Source of the DNA: an uncultured virus (IMG/VR IMGVR_UViG_3300033148_002355)
Taxonomy: Duplodnaviria > Heunggongvirae > Uroviricota > Caudoviricetes
Virus record (IMG/VR): IMGVR_UViG_3300033148_002355
Length of the DNA stretch: 64,000 nucleotides
Reading direction: 5' to 3' (one strand)
Shown: piece after piece, positions 8,469 to 19,695 of the stretch
Layout: the number at the start of each line of letters is the position of its first letter
How positions within the stretch are numbered: the first letter of the stretch is position 1
Translations under genes and position numbers: made by a program
Notes under the pieces: generated by a model
Databases searched by the model: none
Told to the model about the DNA's origin: nothing
Seen by the model: only the letters and a program-made list of their open reading frames with translations

Positions 8469-9755
8469 ATGGCATTAGAAGAACAGCAGGTACAAGGTGA
8501 AGGCGGGGAGCCGACTCAACAATCACAAGGAATGAGCGAAGAGCTACAAAATACAATGTTTGCGTTATCAGGTGTTAATGAGGAGGCAACTCCGGCATTA
8601 TCTGCGCTAGGTGAGAGCTTATCACAGCAAACACAGGCAACTACTGATCCTGCTCCGGTTAATACTGGAGAGCCCTCTTTAGTGAATAGTGATTTAAATC
8701 ATAACCCTAACACAACAGAACAACCAGTAGCTGAAGCTCCTATAATTGAAACTCCGACAGCAGAAAAACCTGCAGTAGAGACTCCAGCGGTAGAAACTCC
8801 GGTAGCAGAAGCTAATGGTTTAGATAGTCCTTTGTTTAGTTTACCAACAGCTCCTACTGAGGAGGCAACGGCAATATCTAAAATTGAAGGAATAGAAGGT
8901 GTTAATACATTTATTTCTGAAAAACATCCTGACATAAAAGACTTAAATGGTTTGATGACTTCTTATGATAATATGACTAGCGAGAACGCAAGTCTATTAG
9001 AGATGAAAGTTCAAAACGAAAAATTAATAAACGGCTTAAGTAATTTAGATCCTGATTTAGTTGAAGCTATTAGGCTTTATGAGTCTGGAGAAGATTATAG
9101 AGAATATTTAAATACACAACCTAATATCAGTTATGATAGTAAGGTAGAGGATGTTGATAGTAAAACATTAATTAATGCTTTTTACCCAGGTAAAGTATCA
9201 GATGAAGATTTCGAAGCTGCAAACAAAGATAGTGATGATTACGATCCTAACGTAGCTAGATTTGTAGATACTGTACATGAAAACGCAGTTGCTAAGTTTA
9301 ATGAAACTAAAGCAGGCAAAGTGGGTAGAGCTGATAATTATTTAGCAGCTAAAGAAGCTAAAGATAATCTTTTTAGAGAATCCGTAGGGAACTCTTTAAG
9401 TAGTGTTAAGGACTTTTTCCCAGACGCTACTCCTACATACATTAAAGGTGTAGAAGAGAAAATGTTAAACGATGGAATTAAATCTTTGTTTTTTGATGAA
9501 AATGGCCAAGCTAAGCCTGACGCAGCAGCAAGATTCGTAAGGGCATCTGACGATGGAGCTAACTTAGTCTCCCAGTTGCAGAAAATAGCCTACAATCAAG
9601 CTACCACTGACGCTAACTTGAACACGCTCACAAGAGGACAAAGAACCGCTCCTGAAAACAGCGGAAGAGAAATGAGGCAAGATGAACCACAGGAACAGGT
9701 TAATGCGTGGATAACGGATGTTATGGGAAGCGCAAATGAACAACCTGCTTATTAA
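8469..9755 (+). CDS. Putative capsid scaffolding protein
   Basis: Acidic, Pro/Glu-rich low-complexity N-terminus (PAVETPAVETP); between portal and capsid genes. Confidence 0.6.
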   Translation: MALEEQQVQGEGGEPTQQSQGMSEELQNTMFALSGVNEEATPALSALGESLSQQTQATTDPAPVNTGEPSLVNSDLNHNPNTTEQPVAEAPIIETPTAEKPAVETPAVETPVAEANGLDSPLFSLPTAPTEEATAISKIEGIEGVNTFISEKHPDIKDLNGLMTSYDNMTSENASLLEMKVQNEKLINGLSNLDPDLVEAIRLYESGEDYREYLNTQPNISYDSKVEDVDSKTLINAFYPGKVSDEDFEAANKDSDDYDPNVARFVDTVHENAVAKFNETKAGKVGRADNYLAAKEAKDNLFRESVGNSLSSVKDFFPDATPTYIKGVEEKMLNDGIKSLFFDENGQAKPDAAARFVRASDDGANLVSQLQKIAYNQATTDANLNTLTRGQRTAPENSGREMRQDEPQEQVNAWITDVMGSANEQPAY

Positions 9756-9785
9756 TTATTTTTTACTTTTTAAAACTTTAAAATT

Positions 9786-11081
9786 ATGCCTACAGGACAA
9801 AATCTCTATGTACCAGGAGCGCAGAATGCGCCATTCGGTAACAGGAACACAAACCCGGAAGGGTCGAATTACCCAGCTGATGCAATCGGAAATCCGTTAA
9901 CATCAAACCTTATTCAAAAAGCTATCAAAGAGGCAATCTTTGATGCAGCTCCAGCGCAGTACTCCGCTTTGAAGCTTGCCTTCGCAAGAGCTCCGATTGA
10001 AAAAGGTTCTGATGAATTTGAATATTTAGAAACAGGTTTCGGAAGAACTGCTTTAGAGGTAGTAGCTCCAACAGGAACAGCTGCACTAGCTGCAGTACCA
10101 GCAGTAGCAGGTACTCAAGTAACTCAAATCTTAACATTGTCTACGTCTTCTTTAGATTACGTATCAAAGGATTTGTTAATTACTTACCCTGATGGAACTG
10201 AAGGTGTTATTCAGGATATTATCGGTACAAACATCACTATTGGATCAAGAACTAACGTTGGTTTATCTGCTGTAGCGGTAGGTGATACTTTTGCGATTAG
10301 ATCTACAATTGAAGGTGACGGTATGGATACTTTTTCAGTATTCCAAAGAACTGAAGTAATCACTCGTTATAACTACGTACAATTCTTCATGAGAGTTAAG
10401 CGTTGGACAACGATTGAATTGCAAACGCACGTTAACCAAGGAACTACTAACTACCTTGACGTAGACAAGAAAGAGAAAATGAAGCAACTTAGAGTTGATT
10501 TGTTTGTGTCTTACTTTAACGGTCATAGAGGGGAGTATCAAATTGCTAACGGTATCATTGCTAAGTCTATGGGAGGTATCTTCCCGACTATGGTAAATGC
10601 AGGTTCTCTTAGTGCTAACCCAACAAAAGCAGGATTAAAAGTAGCTTTTGAAAAGTTAGCTTTCGCTACCAATCACTTGGCAGAAGGAGGAACTAGATTC
10701 ATTTACGGAGCTGATGAAACGTTGAACACGTTATCTGAAATCTACAAGCAACCAGGATTAAGATATGAGCCTAGTAACGAAACCGCCAACTTAAAGTTGA
10801 GGAGAATCGAATTAGGTACTCAAAATTGGGTATTAGTTCCTTGTGAACTTTTCAGAGAAAACTCTGCGTTCCCAGACTCTTGGAAAAACAGATTGTTATG
10901 TTTGGATCTTGAGACTATTAGAACTGTTAAGATGAAGGGTCTTCCAACTTACGAGCTTGGAATCACTTTAGCTAGAGGTCAAAATGGATCAAGAGAGAAC
11001 TTCAAGGATTATTTCTGCGGAGCTCAGTTTTCAATAGAGTTTAACAGACCTGTTGGATCTTTCTACATTGATATCAAGTAG
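9786..11081 (+). CDS. Major capsid protein
   Basis: 431 aa; position after the scaffold-like gene; followed by a strong terminator; TRYNYVQFF and KSMGGIF segments resemble HK97-fold capsids. Confidence 0.8.
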   Translation: MPTGQNLYVPGAQNAPFGNRNTNPEGSNYPADAIGNPLTSNLIQKAIKEAIFDAAPAQYSALKLAFARAPIEKGSDEFEYLETGFGRTALEVVAPTGTAALAAVPAVAGTQVTQILTLSTSSLDYVSKDLLITYPDGTEGVIQDIIGTNITIGSRTNVGLSAVAVGDTFAIRSTIEGDGMDTFSVFQRTEVITRYNYVQFFMRVKRWTTIELQTHVNQGTTNYLDVDKKEKMKQLRVDLFVSYFNGHRGEYQIANGIIAKSMGGIFPTMVNAGSLSANPTKAGLKVAFEKLAFATNHLAEGGTRFIYGADETLNTLSEIYKQPGLRYEPSNETANLKLRRIELGTQNWVLVPCELFRENSAFPDSWKNRLLCLDLETIRTVKMKGLPTYELGITLARGQNGSRENFKDYFCGAQFSIEFNRPVGSFYIDIK

Positions 11082-11095
11082 TAACCAAATGAAAT

Positions 11096-11130
11096 TTGTG
11101 TAGTATCCATAAGGGTACTACACAATTTTT
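11096..11130 (+). terminator. Intrinsic terminator after the capsid gene
   Basis: TTGTGTAGTATCC-ATAA-GGGTACTACACAA-TTTTT. Confidence 0.8.
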
Positions 11131-11153
11131 AACTTTAAATAAAAACAGAAAAG

Positions 11154-11969
11154 ATGGCTTTAGAAGAAACAGACGGAGGTAAAACAAATACTCCTCAAGA
11201 AGAAAAGAAGACAGTAGTTGACACTGGTATTACGGCAAAGCAATACAAAGAACAACAATTAGAAATTGCGAAACTGCAAGAGCAGCTTGGTGATTTAATA
11301 AAATTACAAACCACATCCCCTGCGGGAGCTTCTAACACAGACTTAGGCAACGCTGACGCGATGGCTACAGTGATCAAAGCTATCAACGCTAAGAGTGATG
11401 AAGAGAAGTACGGGATAGAGGGTACTGGATATGTCACTGAAGATGACATGGATCCGGAGGATAGATTAGAGATAGGTGAGCATTTTTACTGCCATGCTGG
11501 AGGTTACTTAATTGTTGATGATTTAAGAAATGGAAGACCTGTAGCTACTCCTTTTAGGAATGCTTTAATGTTTACTCCTTTCAAAACAACAAAGACTGGC
11601 TCTGGTAAGGATATGGTTAAAGAGGTTGTGTCAAGATATACTTCTCATAGTAAAAAAGAGGTTGCATGGTTAAAAGATTCTTCTTTTTACGGATGGAAGA
11701 TTTTTGATGATTTACAATCGGCAACAACAGCTCATGGTAAATTAGCTCACGCTATTAACAGAAACTTGACATCTGCTAAAACGATGACTACAGGAACTTT
11801 AGTTGCAGAGTGTAAAGCTTTAGGAATATCGCAAAATACAGATTTAAACAGCATGAGGTTGTTATACGCAACTGCAAAAGCTCAGGCTGAAATAGGTGTG
11901 GCAGAGCAGAAACAATTGTTAAGATCAAGAAATGCTGGAATAGAAGCGCAAATGTTAAAAGAAGCGTAA
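11154..11969 (+). CDS. Hypothetical virion-assembly protein
   Basis: 271-aa ORF directly after the capsid gene. Confidence 0.7.
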   Translation: MALEETDGGKTNTPQEEKKTVVDTGITAKQYKEQQLEIAKLQEQLGDLIKLQTTSPAGASNTDLGNADAMATVIKAINAKSDEEKYGIEGTGYVTEDDMDPEDRLEIGEHFYCHAGGYLIVDDLRNGRPVATPFRNALMFTPFKTTKTGSGKDMVKEVVSRYTSHSKKEVAWLKDSSFYGWKIFDDLQSATTAHGKLAHAINRNLTSAKTMTTGTLVAECKALGISQNTDLNSMRLLYATAKAQAEIGVAEQKQLLRSRNAGIEAQMLKEA

Positions 11970-11996
11970 TTGGTTAACTAATAAAACAACATAGAA

Positions 11997-12755
11997 ATGA
12001 TACCAGTACAGGAAGTAGTTGACTTAATGAAGTTTGAGTTAGACGCTGAAGGTTCTGAGAGGTATTTATTTGATTTAGACTTTAAGCCAGCCATTAATTT
12101 ATCAATTAAATGGTTGGTTTTTGTTTTAAATAGAGCCTTTGAAGAAAACAAATTTAGCGGGGAGAGTCTTAGGGATTTAATTAAGACTAGAGTATGGGTA
12201 GCTAATAACTTCTCCAGGATAAAGTTTGACAATGCTGCTACAGGAGATGAGCTTTGGAGTTACCTAGCTGTTCATCCTGAGCCGACTATATATCCTACTG
12301 GTAGTCTACCTCCTGCGCTTGCTAATGATTACACATCTGCATTCCAGCCTAACATTAGTTATGTTAAATCTAAGTACAGTGCTAACAAGCTTACTGTAGA
12401 GAAATGGAATGAGAGTGCAGGTAATGTATTTGAGCCCGGCAATACAATTACAACAGGCAGCTTGAAGAGTTATGCTTACTTAACGGAAATAAACTATTCT
12501 AACGCAACTAATTACTTGCAAGAGAAGGAAATTGAAATTAGACCAGATATTTCAGGACAGTTTGTTGCTATGACTTATTTAAAAACTCCTAACGATGTAG
12601 CTTTAATTGGTGATAGTATAGAGTTTCCAGCGTCAATGACAGCGTTATTTGTTCAGAAAGCACTAAACTTCATATCTACCAAGCAAGGGGATAAGACGAC
12701 TCTTTTTACGGTTACTGAAATGGATGTTGCTAGATTAATTAAAACAATAAGCTAA
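11997..12755 (+). CDS. Putative tail ring/head-tail adaptor protein 1
   Basis: 252 aa; C-terminal YLKTP...IEFP motif of tubular/ring proteins; position. Confidence 0.6.
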   Translation: MIPVQEVVDLMKFELDAEGSERYLFDLDFKPAINLSIKWLVFVLNRAFEENKFSGESLRDLIKTRVWVANNFSRIKFDNAATGDELWSYLAVHPEPTIYPTGSLPPALANDYTSAFQPNISYVKSKYSANKLTVEKWNESAGNVFEPGNTITTGSLKSYAYLTEINYSNATNYLQEKEIEIRPDISGQFVAMTYLKTPNDVALIGDSIEFPASMTALFVQKALNFISTKQGDKTTLFTVTEMDVARLIKTIS

Positions 12756-13501
12756 TGGTTTCAAGTACTAAATTACGATACGTAGTAGATGATATTGCTA
12801 AAGATTTAAAACAGGTCTTTGACGATAAAATTATTGAGAAAGCCCAAATAGCATATTGGGTTTTATTAGTTGCTAACAGGTTAAAATCACAGCACATTTC
12901 TAAGATTGACTCTGGAGCTTATATTCATGCGTTTACAGGTATTCCTATTCAAATAGTTTCGTCAGGTAATAATCCAAATGATATTGCGGGGAGGAAAAGG
13001 ATAGTGTTACCGGAAGCTATATATGATTACGATAACGATGGTGGTATCGAGTATATTTCTTATTGGGATGAAGAAGCGGTTAGCGTGGACTGTATACATC
13101 CTCCTGAATTTACTAATAGGACCTTTATAAGAACTAAACCTATAGAGACTGAGCGTTTGTATATGAATGAGTTTGAGAAACCCTCTCCTAGAAATCCTTA
13201 TTTTTACAGGTTAGGTACTTACATTTACTTTTTAGGAATAGAAAGGGTCGATGTTCAAACAGTTGAGATTGGAATATACTCTACTTTTGATCCGTTGACA
13301 GATATAGATTTAGATGCTAAGTTTGAATTTCCTGAAGAATTATTGTTAATTTTAAAGAGACAGGTATTGGATTTAGGCAGGTTTGCTTTGAAGATTCCGG
13401 AGGACAGAAAAAATGACGGGGAGGACACTACTGATGTAAGGGCTGTAAGTGAGCAAAAACTAGTAAGTGTTAACGATCCTATTAATCAACAAGGTCAATA
13501 A
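12755..13501 (+). CDS. Putative tail ring protein 2
   Basis: 248 aa; PYFYRLGTYIYF...FEFPEEL resembles crAss-like ring proteins; translationally coupled. Confidence 0.6.
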   Translation: MVSSTKLRYVVDDIAKDLKQVFDDKIIEKAQIAYWVLLVANRLKSQHISKIDSGAYIHAFTGIPIQIVSSGNNPNDIAGRKRIVLPEAIYDYDNDGGIEYISYWDEEAVSVDCIHPPEFTNRTFIRTKPIETERLYMNEFEKPSPRNPYFYRLGTYIYFLGIERVDVQTVEIGIYSTFDPLTDIDLDAKFEFPEELLLILKRQVLDLGRFALKIPEDRKNDGEDTTDVRAVSEQKLVSVNDPINQQGQ

Positions 13502-13503
13502 TA

Positions 13504-14322
13504 ATGGAGTATTCACCAAAGAATTTACTTAGTCCAAAAGAGGTTTTGTCTGAGGTATTGATATACACTCAAGAGATGGGGTATACGAATGTTACTAGAG
13601 GTTTTATCATATCTCAAATGAACAGATGTATGCAAGCCTTATCTTATGACACTTTCTTTAATGAGAGTCATAAAGCGTTTGTTATTCCTGAGAACAGGTT
13701 AATTGATATACCTGCAGGAGTGTTTAATATAAATCAAATGTATTTATATAGTGGCGACAATTGCAATATAGGAACCAACACAGCTAATGTTTACTGGAAA
13801 AGAAACATGTATACTGGAGGAGGTAAAGGCTATGCTGCTAGAAACAAGGGCAATAACGGTAACAACGGGAGAGATCCTTTTTATTCTGGAAACGGAGGGC
13901 ATCATTACTACAATAGGAATAGATCAGATATTGGCGGGGGGGCTAAAGGAATAAGCATACAGAACGGATTATACTACTATGGTGTATCTAATGGTCAGAT
14001 AACATTATCTGAGAATACAGGTCCTTATTCTAAGGTATTAATTAAGTTTAACGGAATATGGGAGGTAGATGCAGAGAAGAAGACAATACCTTTACACTTT
14101 CAAGAAGTATTAGTTGATTGGTGTACAGAGTCTGTGCTTAGAGTGAAGACAGCTAAAGACCCTAGTAAATGGAGAGGTATGCATTCTGACTCAGTATTTA
14201 GATTAGGGTATAAGCCTGAAACGTATGATGGAAGTTGGTATAAAGCTAAGAGGAGGGTTACAGGAATGGACAATAAAACAAAAGAAGATTTGCAAGAATA
14301 TTTATCACGACTAAACTACTAG
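13504..14322 (+). CDS. Putative tail ring protein 3
   Basis: 272 aa; YYYGVSNGQITLS...IP motif; position. Confidence 0.55.
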   Translation: MEYSPKNLLSPKEVLSEVLIYTQEMGYTNVTRGFIISQMNRCMQALSYDTFFNESHKAFVIPENRLIDIPAGVFNINQMYLYSGDNCNIGTNTANVYWKRNMYTGGGKGYAARNKGNNGNNGRDPFYSGNGGHHYYNRNRSDIGGGAKGISIQNGLYYYGVSNGQITLSENTGPYSKVLIKFNGIWEVDAEKKTIPLHFQEVLVDWCTESVLRVKTAKDPSKWRGMHSDSVFRLGYKPETYDGSWYKAKRRVTGMDNKTKEDLQEYLSRLNY

Positions 14323-14323
14323 T

Positions 14324-17300
14324 ATGAATACAGAACATGGTGCTGAAGATATTAGGACGTTTTCCAAAGGTGCTAACTCGGATAAAGAGAAGGAGCTTCT
14401 TGGCGCGAAAGATAATGGAGAGTATATCAATTCCAGGAACGCCAGAAACTATTCTGTTGACGGCAATACCGGAGCTTTAGAAAAGATTAAAGGGGAAGAG
14501 TTAATCTACCCTAAAGCAGGAGCTTTAAGTGTTAGCCATAATTGCATAGGTGTAGCTAAGATAAAAGATGACGTTATAGAGTTTTGGTCAAGCTCCGTGT
14601 TTCCAGCTGATATTGATACAATAAGGGTAAACGGTACTGTAGTGGCAGCCAGTAACGATTTGTTATTTAGTCACGATAAAAACCTTCAACTTGACACTAA
14701 TGATAAATGTGAGGGGGGAGAAGTGTTTATTACTGATAACGTTACCGTTCCGATGATATTCAATATTGGAGATATGCTTGCAAGTGTAGGTACTCCAAAG
14801 TATTTTGCTGACTTCAATAGAAAGCTATACGAGATTAATCTTTCTACTCCGGTAGACAAACCTGTATTTACTAAGTTAGTAACTATCGGTGGAGGTGGAG
14901 GTCTTCCTGTAGGTCAATATAGTTACGCGATAAGATACGTGAACTCTGACGGTGATAGAACTAATTTAAGCCCTAGCACTCCATTGATACCTGTTGTGCA
15001 AGCGAACGGACCAGCAAGTGCTGAATATCCAGGAACTAAAACAAGAGGATCGTCTGCTAACGTCTCATTACCAACAGCTTACGGAATAGAGATTAAGTTT
15101 AGGGTAACTAACTATTTAGAGTACGATTCAATAGAGGTTGTAAGATACGCTTGGAATGCAGGAACTCAATTAGGATTCAGTCCAAACCCTAAGATAATTG
15201 GAAGGGTAGATGTTTCTGGAACTACAGTAGGGGTGATAGCATTTACCGATCCTATAGATTCTAACATAGAAGAAACTATTCCTGAAGATGAACTAACTAA
15301 CCAATTAATGTTCATTGAACGAGCTAAAGCTATTCGTTATTTTGATAAGAGATTGGTTTTAATGAACTATTCATTAGCAGAAAGAGAGTTTGAGCCTATA
15401 TTCACAGAAAGAAACGGAGAGGTTATGTTTCCTATAATGGATGCTATGGGTAAGCTAGGACATAATGATGCTCATAATCATACTTATAAAAAGAGTTACC
15501 CTAGCGGTGAGAGGTTTGGTTTTGCAATCAATGCTTACGATGGGGTGTCCGCTAAAGCTTTTGCAGTACCTATAGATGATTTTGGGAATTTTCAATTCCC
15601 TAACAGGAGGGACGAAATAGTTTCGGGGTCTAATAGTGACATCTATTCAACCGGAGCTGTAACAGCAGCAAATACAGATGGCGGTGTATCGAAAACGTTT
15701 GAAGTATTTGATTTAGAAGACACTAAAGGTAAAGACGATATATGTTCGTTTAAGGGGATTTTAGACGGTACTAACCTGGCAGGGGCTCCGGAGGGTACAA
15801 AGTCTAATTCAGACGTAACTCAAGACTGTACAGAAGACCCTGAGCTTTCTGGAGGGATAACAGCTTTATCAGGAACAAGGGTAGCTGCTCCTTATTCAGT
15901 ATTTCATCCAACAGGAGATAATGACCCTAGAACAGATGGTCATAATTACAGAATAAATACTTGGATTAAAAACGGAAGTGCTGAGGTTAGTTACGATCCA
16001 GACATGTTTGGTTTAAATTACTTCAGTAAAGGGATTGCATTAAACGGGATTGCTAAAAGCAGTATACCTGATTGGGTTAAGTCGTTTACTGTGGTAAGGA
16101 CAGAACGAGCTAACAGGGTGGTTTGTCAAGGTTTAATGATGTACTCTTTAAACCCGGCAGACCCTTCAGGGGCAGGTAATAAAGCTTTAGCTAGTAAAAA
16201 CACAGATGAGTTCTGGTTTCACTCACCTGATATTAATGAGGGGGTTGTTGATCAAGCGATTATTGACGATATGCAAAACAACCCGAATAATTATAAGATA
16301 GAATTTGTTTCTCCTTTAGGTTTTGCGTCAGAGCTTTATAACTTTGATCAATCAGACATTTCTGGAGAGGATAGGTGTTGCGATTTAATGACTTATGCAA
16401 GAGTTTTAAAAGATGGACCTCTTGTTACTAAAGTCATTAACCCTTCAGAAGGTATTATTGGTAATAATGGTTACACTGCGTATAATAAGTATAGAAATTC
16501 AGAATCTGTAAATGGAGACTTCTTTAGCACTCCTGACGGAGGTAATAGAACTGCTCAAATGATAGGTTTTAATAGTCTTACTATTGGACGTGGTAGTTAT
16601 TTTGAGATAAAGACTCAAGAAGACATATACAACCATTCTACAACTCATGGAAACGCTGATTTCGTTGATCCGGATATGAAAAACTGGACCGAACCTTTTT
16701 ATATGGTTAACATAATTCAGGAGGGAGCTCAGATAGTTGATCAGAATATTGATAAGTATAAAGATACCGGAGTTTACGTTAAAATGGAAAGCGTAATAGC
16801 TGAAGGTGTTCTTGGTGTAACAAAGCCTAGAATTGAATTGATAGATGAGAGGTGGGAGGATTGCATATCAGCTTTGGCTGTGGGTGATCCAACATCATCA
16901 GAAGAGAGGTTTATCTATATGAGAGAACCTTCTGGAACCGATTTCCCTTGGGTGAATGCAACTTATCTAAGCGGAGCTCAACAGACGATTATAATTAACG
17001 ACATAAGTGCTAATGGATTCCATGTTTTACCTTCAACTATTAAAGTTTACGGGTTGTACACTCATGACGTTGTAACTGATAATGAAATTTACTTGGAGTT
17101 AAACTTTAGTGGATTTGACACTATTCCAGTAGGAAACGTATTACTTGTTAAGTATAATGAGAATGCTCCTATTAAAATATTTGGAGGAGACACTACGGTA
17201 GGAGAGACTATATTCGCTCCTATCGACATGACTGTAGACGTAGAGAACTGGGACTTCTGGAACGCTGCATCAATAGCAGCGGGAGCAGCTATAGCTCCTT

Positions 17301-18949
17301 GGGCGTTAGGGGCATCTGTAGCCTTGAATAGTAATAAGATAATATCATCACTTAGTCAAGATAAAGGATTTCCTTTTAACGTAGGGTTTCCTTTTAGAGA
17401 ATATCATGTAAACCCAAGGAACTACATTTGTAAAAATCCAAACAGTGCTACAGATAAAATACAAGCTAGTAGAAACTTGCTTGGTGACAGGATCTTCGGT
17501 AAACTATTTTACCTTAGACAGATGTGCGTTTCTTTTACTGTGGAAAGTAGGATAGCTACACACTTTGCTTATAATGAAAACTACCCTAATGAGTTCTTTC
17601 CTAATACGCATTACGTTATGCGTCCTAATAATTTCGATATTACGAAATTTACTGCAGGGACAACTGTTGGTTACGAAGACAACAGTATACACCCTCAGTA
17701 CGAAGTAGATTATGGTGACGAATACAAGAATTGGTATTATGGAGGTATAAGATTCTTACAAAATAACAATATTGATTATTCACAGCAAAACATTGATGAT
17801 TTTGTAAGTAAGCCTGATTTTGGGTTTAAAGAAGAGTCGGAGTTTTGTACAGGTGTAGCTTGGAGTTTACCTAGATCAATAACACAGCAAGATTCTCCGG
17901 GATTAAAGTCATTCCAATCATTAAACACTGTTATACTGGAAGATGCTCAAGGTCAAATAAACATGGCATTCGACGCTACAACGGGTAAGGGTAGTAATAT
18001 TTATGCTATACTTGAAAGAGGTGTTTGTTTGTTATTACATAAGAAATCTATTCTTAGTGATACTACAGGTTCTGAAATAGGTTTGTTTACAGGAAACAAC
18101 TTCGTTCAAGCGGAGTACTGGCTTGACAGGAATATAGGTAGTAATGATAATATGTGGCGGGGAGCAGCAGAAGGTTCTATTGCTATTAAAAGAACTTCAT
18201 CAACAGGATTAGAAGACGGGGAGCAAACAAGAATAGAAGGGTTGATATTTTCTAACAACATATCTGTTTACAGGTTAATTAATAACGAAGTAAAGGATAT
18301 AGGTAGAGACTCTTACTATAGTGAAATTAGAAAGGTTTTAAAGGCGGTTGATAGTGACCAAAACAGCAGGGTATCAGCTTATTATGACGAAGACTACAAT
18401 GAGTTCTTGGTGCAGTTAGGGTATAAGGATTTTAGTATTCCTGGTCAAACAACATCAAAGGAGATTACTTTCATTTACTCATTCAACTCCTCTGCTTGGG
18501 TTTCTAACTTTGATTATCGTTTTGACAAATACTTATCAATAAAAGATAAGATGTTTGGAATGGATAACGGTGAAACGTTCCAACTTAATTCAGGAACTAA
18601 AATAAATGGACTTCCTATCGAGTTCGAAGTAGAACAAGTAACTTCGGTAGCTCCTTATAGAGAAAAGGAGTATATCAAAATAAATGTTAATTCTGATAAT
18701 AAACCTACAAGGATAGAATTTAAGGATATTAAGAATAACAAATTGTGTGCTTTAGACCCTGGAATCCAAGGTCAGTACTACTTAAAGAAGTATGACGGGT
18801 ACACTCAACAGATACCAAGAAAAGATATAACTGTATCTACAACTAGAGACAGAGTGCAAGACAGGTTGTTGATTTACAAAATATTCCATAATTTAGAGGA
18901 AGATTTCGTGGTCAAGAACGTAGTAATAACCTTTAAAGAAATAAAATAA
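14324..18949 (+). CDS. Tail stabilisation/nozzle (muzzle) protein
   Basis: 1541 aa; N-terminus TFSKGANSD...NGEYINSRNAR resembles P22 gp10/crAss-like stabilisation proteins; beta-rich. Confidence 0.7.
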   Translation: MNTEHGAEDIRTFSKGANSDKEKELLGAKDNGEYINSRNARNYSVDGNTGALEKIKGEELIYPKAGALSVSHNCIGVAKIKDDVIEFWSSSVFPADIDTIRVNGTVVAASNDLLFSHDKNLQLDTNDKCEGGEVFITDNVTVPMIFNIGDMLASVGTPKYFADFNRKLYEINLSTPVDKPVFTKLVTIGGGGGLPVGQYSYAIRYVNSDGDRTNLSPSTPLIPVVQANGPASAEYPGTKTRGSSANVSLPTAYGIEIKFRVTNYLEYDSIEVVRYAWNAGTQLGFSPNPKIIGRVDVSGTTVGVIAFTDPIDSNIEETIPEDELTNQLMFIERAKAIRYFDKRLVLMNYSLAEREFEPIFTERNGEVMFPIMDAMGKLGHNDAHNHTYKKSYPSGERFGFAINAYDGVSAKAFAVPIDDFGNFQFPNRRDEIVSGSNSDIYSTGAVTAANTDGGVSKTFEVFDLEDTKGKDDICSFKGILDGTNLAGAPEGTKSNSDVTQDCTEDPELSGGITALSGTRVAAPYSVFHPTGDNDPRTDGHNYRINTWIKNGSAEVSYDPDMFGLNYFSKGIALNGIAKSSIPDWVKSFTVVRTERANRVVCQGLMMYSLNPADPSGAGNKALASKNTDEFWFHSPDINEGVVDQAIIDDMQNNPNNYKIEFVSPLGFASELYNFDQSDISGEDRCCDLMTYARVLKDGPLVTKVINPSEGIIGNNGYTAYNKYRNSESVNGDFFSTPDGGNRTAQMIGFNSLTIGRGSYFEIKTQEDIYNHSTTHGNADFVDPDMKNWTEPFYMVNIIQEGAQIVDQNIDKYKDTGVYVKMESVIAEGVLGVTKPRIELIDERWEDCISALAVGDPTSSEERFIYMREPSGTDFPWVNATYLSGAQQTIIINDISANGFHVLPSTIKVYGLYTHDVVTDNEIYLELNFSGFDTIPVGNVLLVKYNENAPIKIFGGDTTVGETIFAPIDMTVDVENWDFWNAASIAAGAAIAPWALGASVALNSNKIISSLSQDKGFPFNVGFPFREYHVNPRNYICKNPNSATDKIQASRNLLGDRIFGKLFYLRQMCVSFTVESRIATHFAYNENYPNEFFPNTHYVMRPNNFDITKFTAGTTVGYEDNSIHPQYEVDYGDEYKNWYYGGIRFLQNNNIDYSQQNIDDFVSKPDFGFKEESEFCTGVAWSLPRSITQQDSPGLKSFQSLNTVILEDAQGQINMAFDATTGKGSNIYAILERGVCLLLHKKSILSDTTGSEIGLFTGNNFVQAEYWLDRNIGSNDNMWRGAAEGSIAIKRTSSTGLEDGEQTRIEGLIFSNNISVYRLINNEVKDIGRDSYYSEIRKVLKAVDSDQNSRVSAYYDEDYNEFLVQLGYKDFSIPGQTTSKEITFIYSFNSSAWVSNFDYRFDKYLSIKDKMFGMDNGETFQLNSGTKINGLPIEFEVEQVTSVAPYREKEYIKINVNSDNKPTRIEFKDIKNNKLCALDPGIQGQYYLKKYDGYTQQIPRKDITVSTTRDRVQDRLLIYKIFHNLEEDFVVKNVVITFKEIK

Positions 18950-19692
18950 TGGATCCAGCAACAATATCAGCTGCGTTGAAAGTAGGAGGAAGTGTCTTTG
19001 GGGCAATTCAAGCTGCTAGAGGAAAAGCTAAAATGAAAGAAGCTGATAAGATGGCTCCTGGAGAAACTGACCCGAATCAATTAGCAGCATTAGAAGACGC
19101 TAAAAGAAAAACTAGACAATCAGAGTCTGGTACAGATACAACTACTCAAGAAGCTATTAAATCAATTGATCAGTCCACTACAGCTACTCAAAAGCAATTA
19201 GCAGGAGTAACTGGAGGAAATGTTACCGGAACAGTAAGCGCGATGTTACAAGCTCTTAAAGCGGGAGGGAATGTTAAGAATCAAGCTTTCGCTGGTGCTG
19301 GACAGAGAGGATTGCAAATGGGCTCTGTAGCTAATGAGATTAGGAAAAACATAGGTCAACGAAAGTTAGACATACAACAGTTTAGAAGTGTTCAAAGAAG
19401 GGCTGAGGGGGCTGATATGTTAAAGACAGGAATGGGTAATCTTCAAGCTGGAATATTTGGTTCAGCTCCTACCGAGGGCGGTGGCTCAGGAACTAGCGAG
19501 GGCGGTTTATCACAGCTATTACAGCAGTACAGCCCAGCGGCATCTTCTAGTGCAACAGCACCAAAACCTACTAGGTCAACTGGAGCAGCTAGTACTGGAG
19601 ATACGCCTTTATCTTTAGGGACAACAACATTCGCGGGAGGACCAAGTGTATTACCTTCAAACTTCGGAATGGAGGGGATACCAACATCTTAA
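18949..19692 (+). CDS. Putative ejection (internal virion) protein
   Basis: MDPATISAALKVGGSVFGAIQA; Gly/Ala/Gln-rich, like podovirus pilot/ejection proteins. Confidence 0.6.
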   Translation: MDPATISAALKVGGSVFGAIQAARGKAKMKEADKMAPGETDPNQLAALEDAKRKTRQSESGTDTTTQEAIKSIDQSTTATQKQLAGVTGGNVTGTVSAMLQALKAGGNVKNQAFAGAGQRGLQMGSVANEIRKNIGQRKLDIQQFRSVQRRAEGADMLKTGMGNLQAGIFGSAPTEGGGSGTSEGGLSQLLQQYSPAASSSATAPKPTRSTGAASTGDTPLSLGTTTFAGGPSVLPSNFGMEGIPTS

Positions 19693-19695
19693 ATT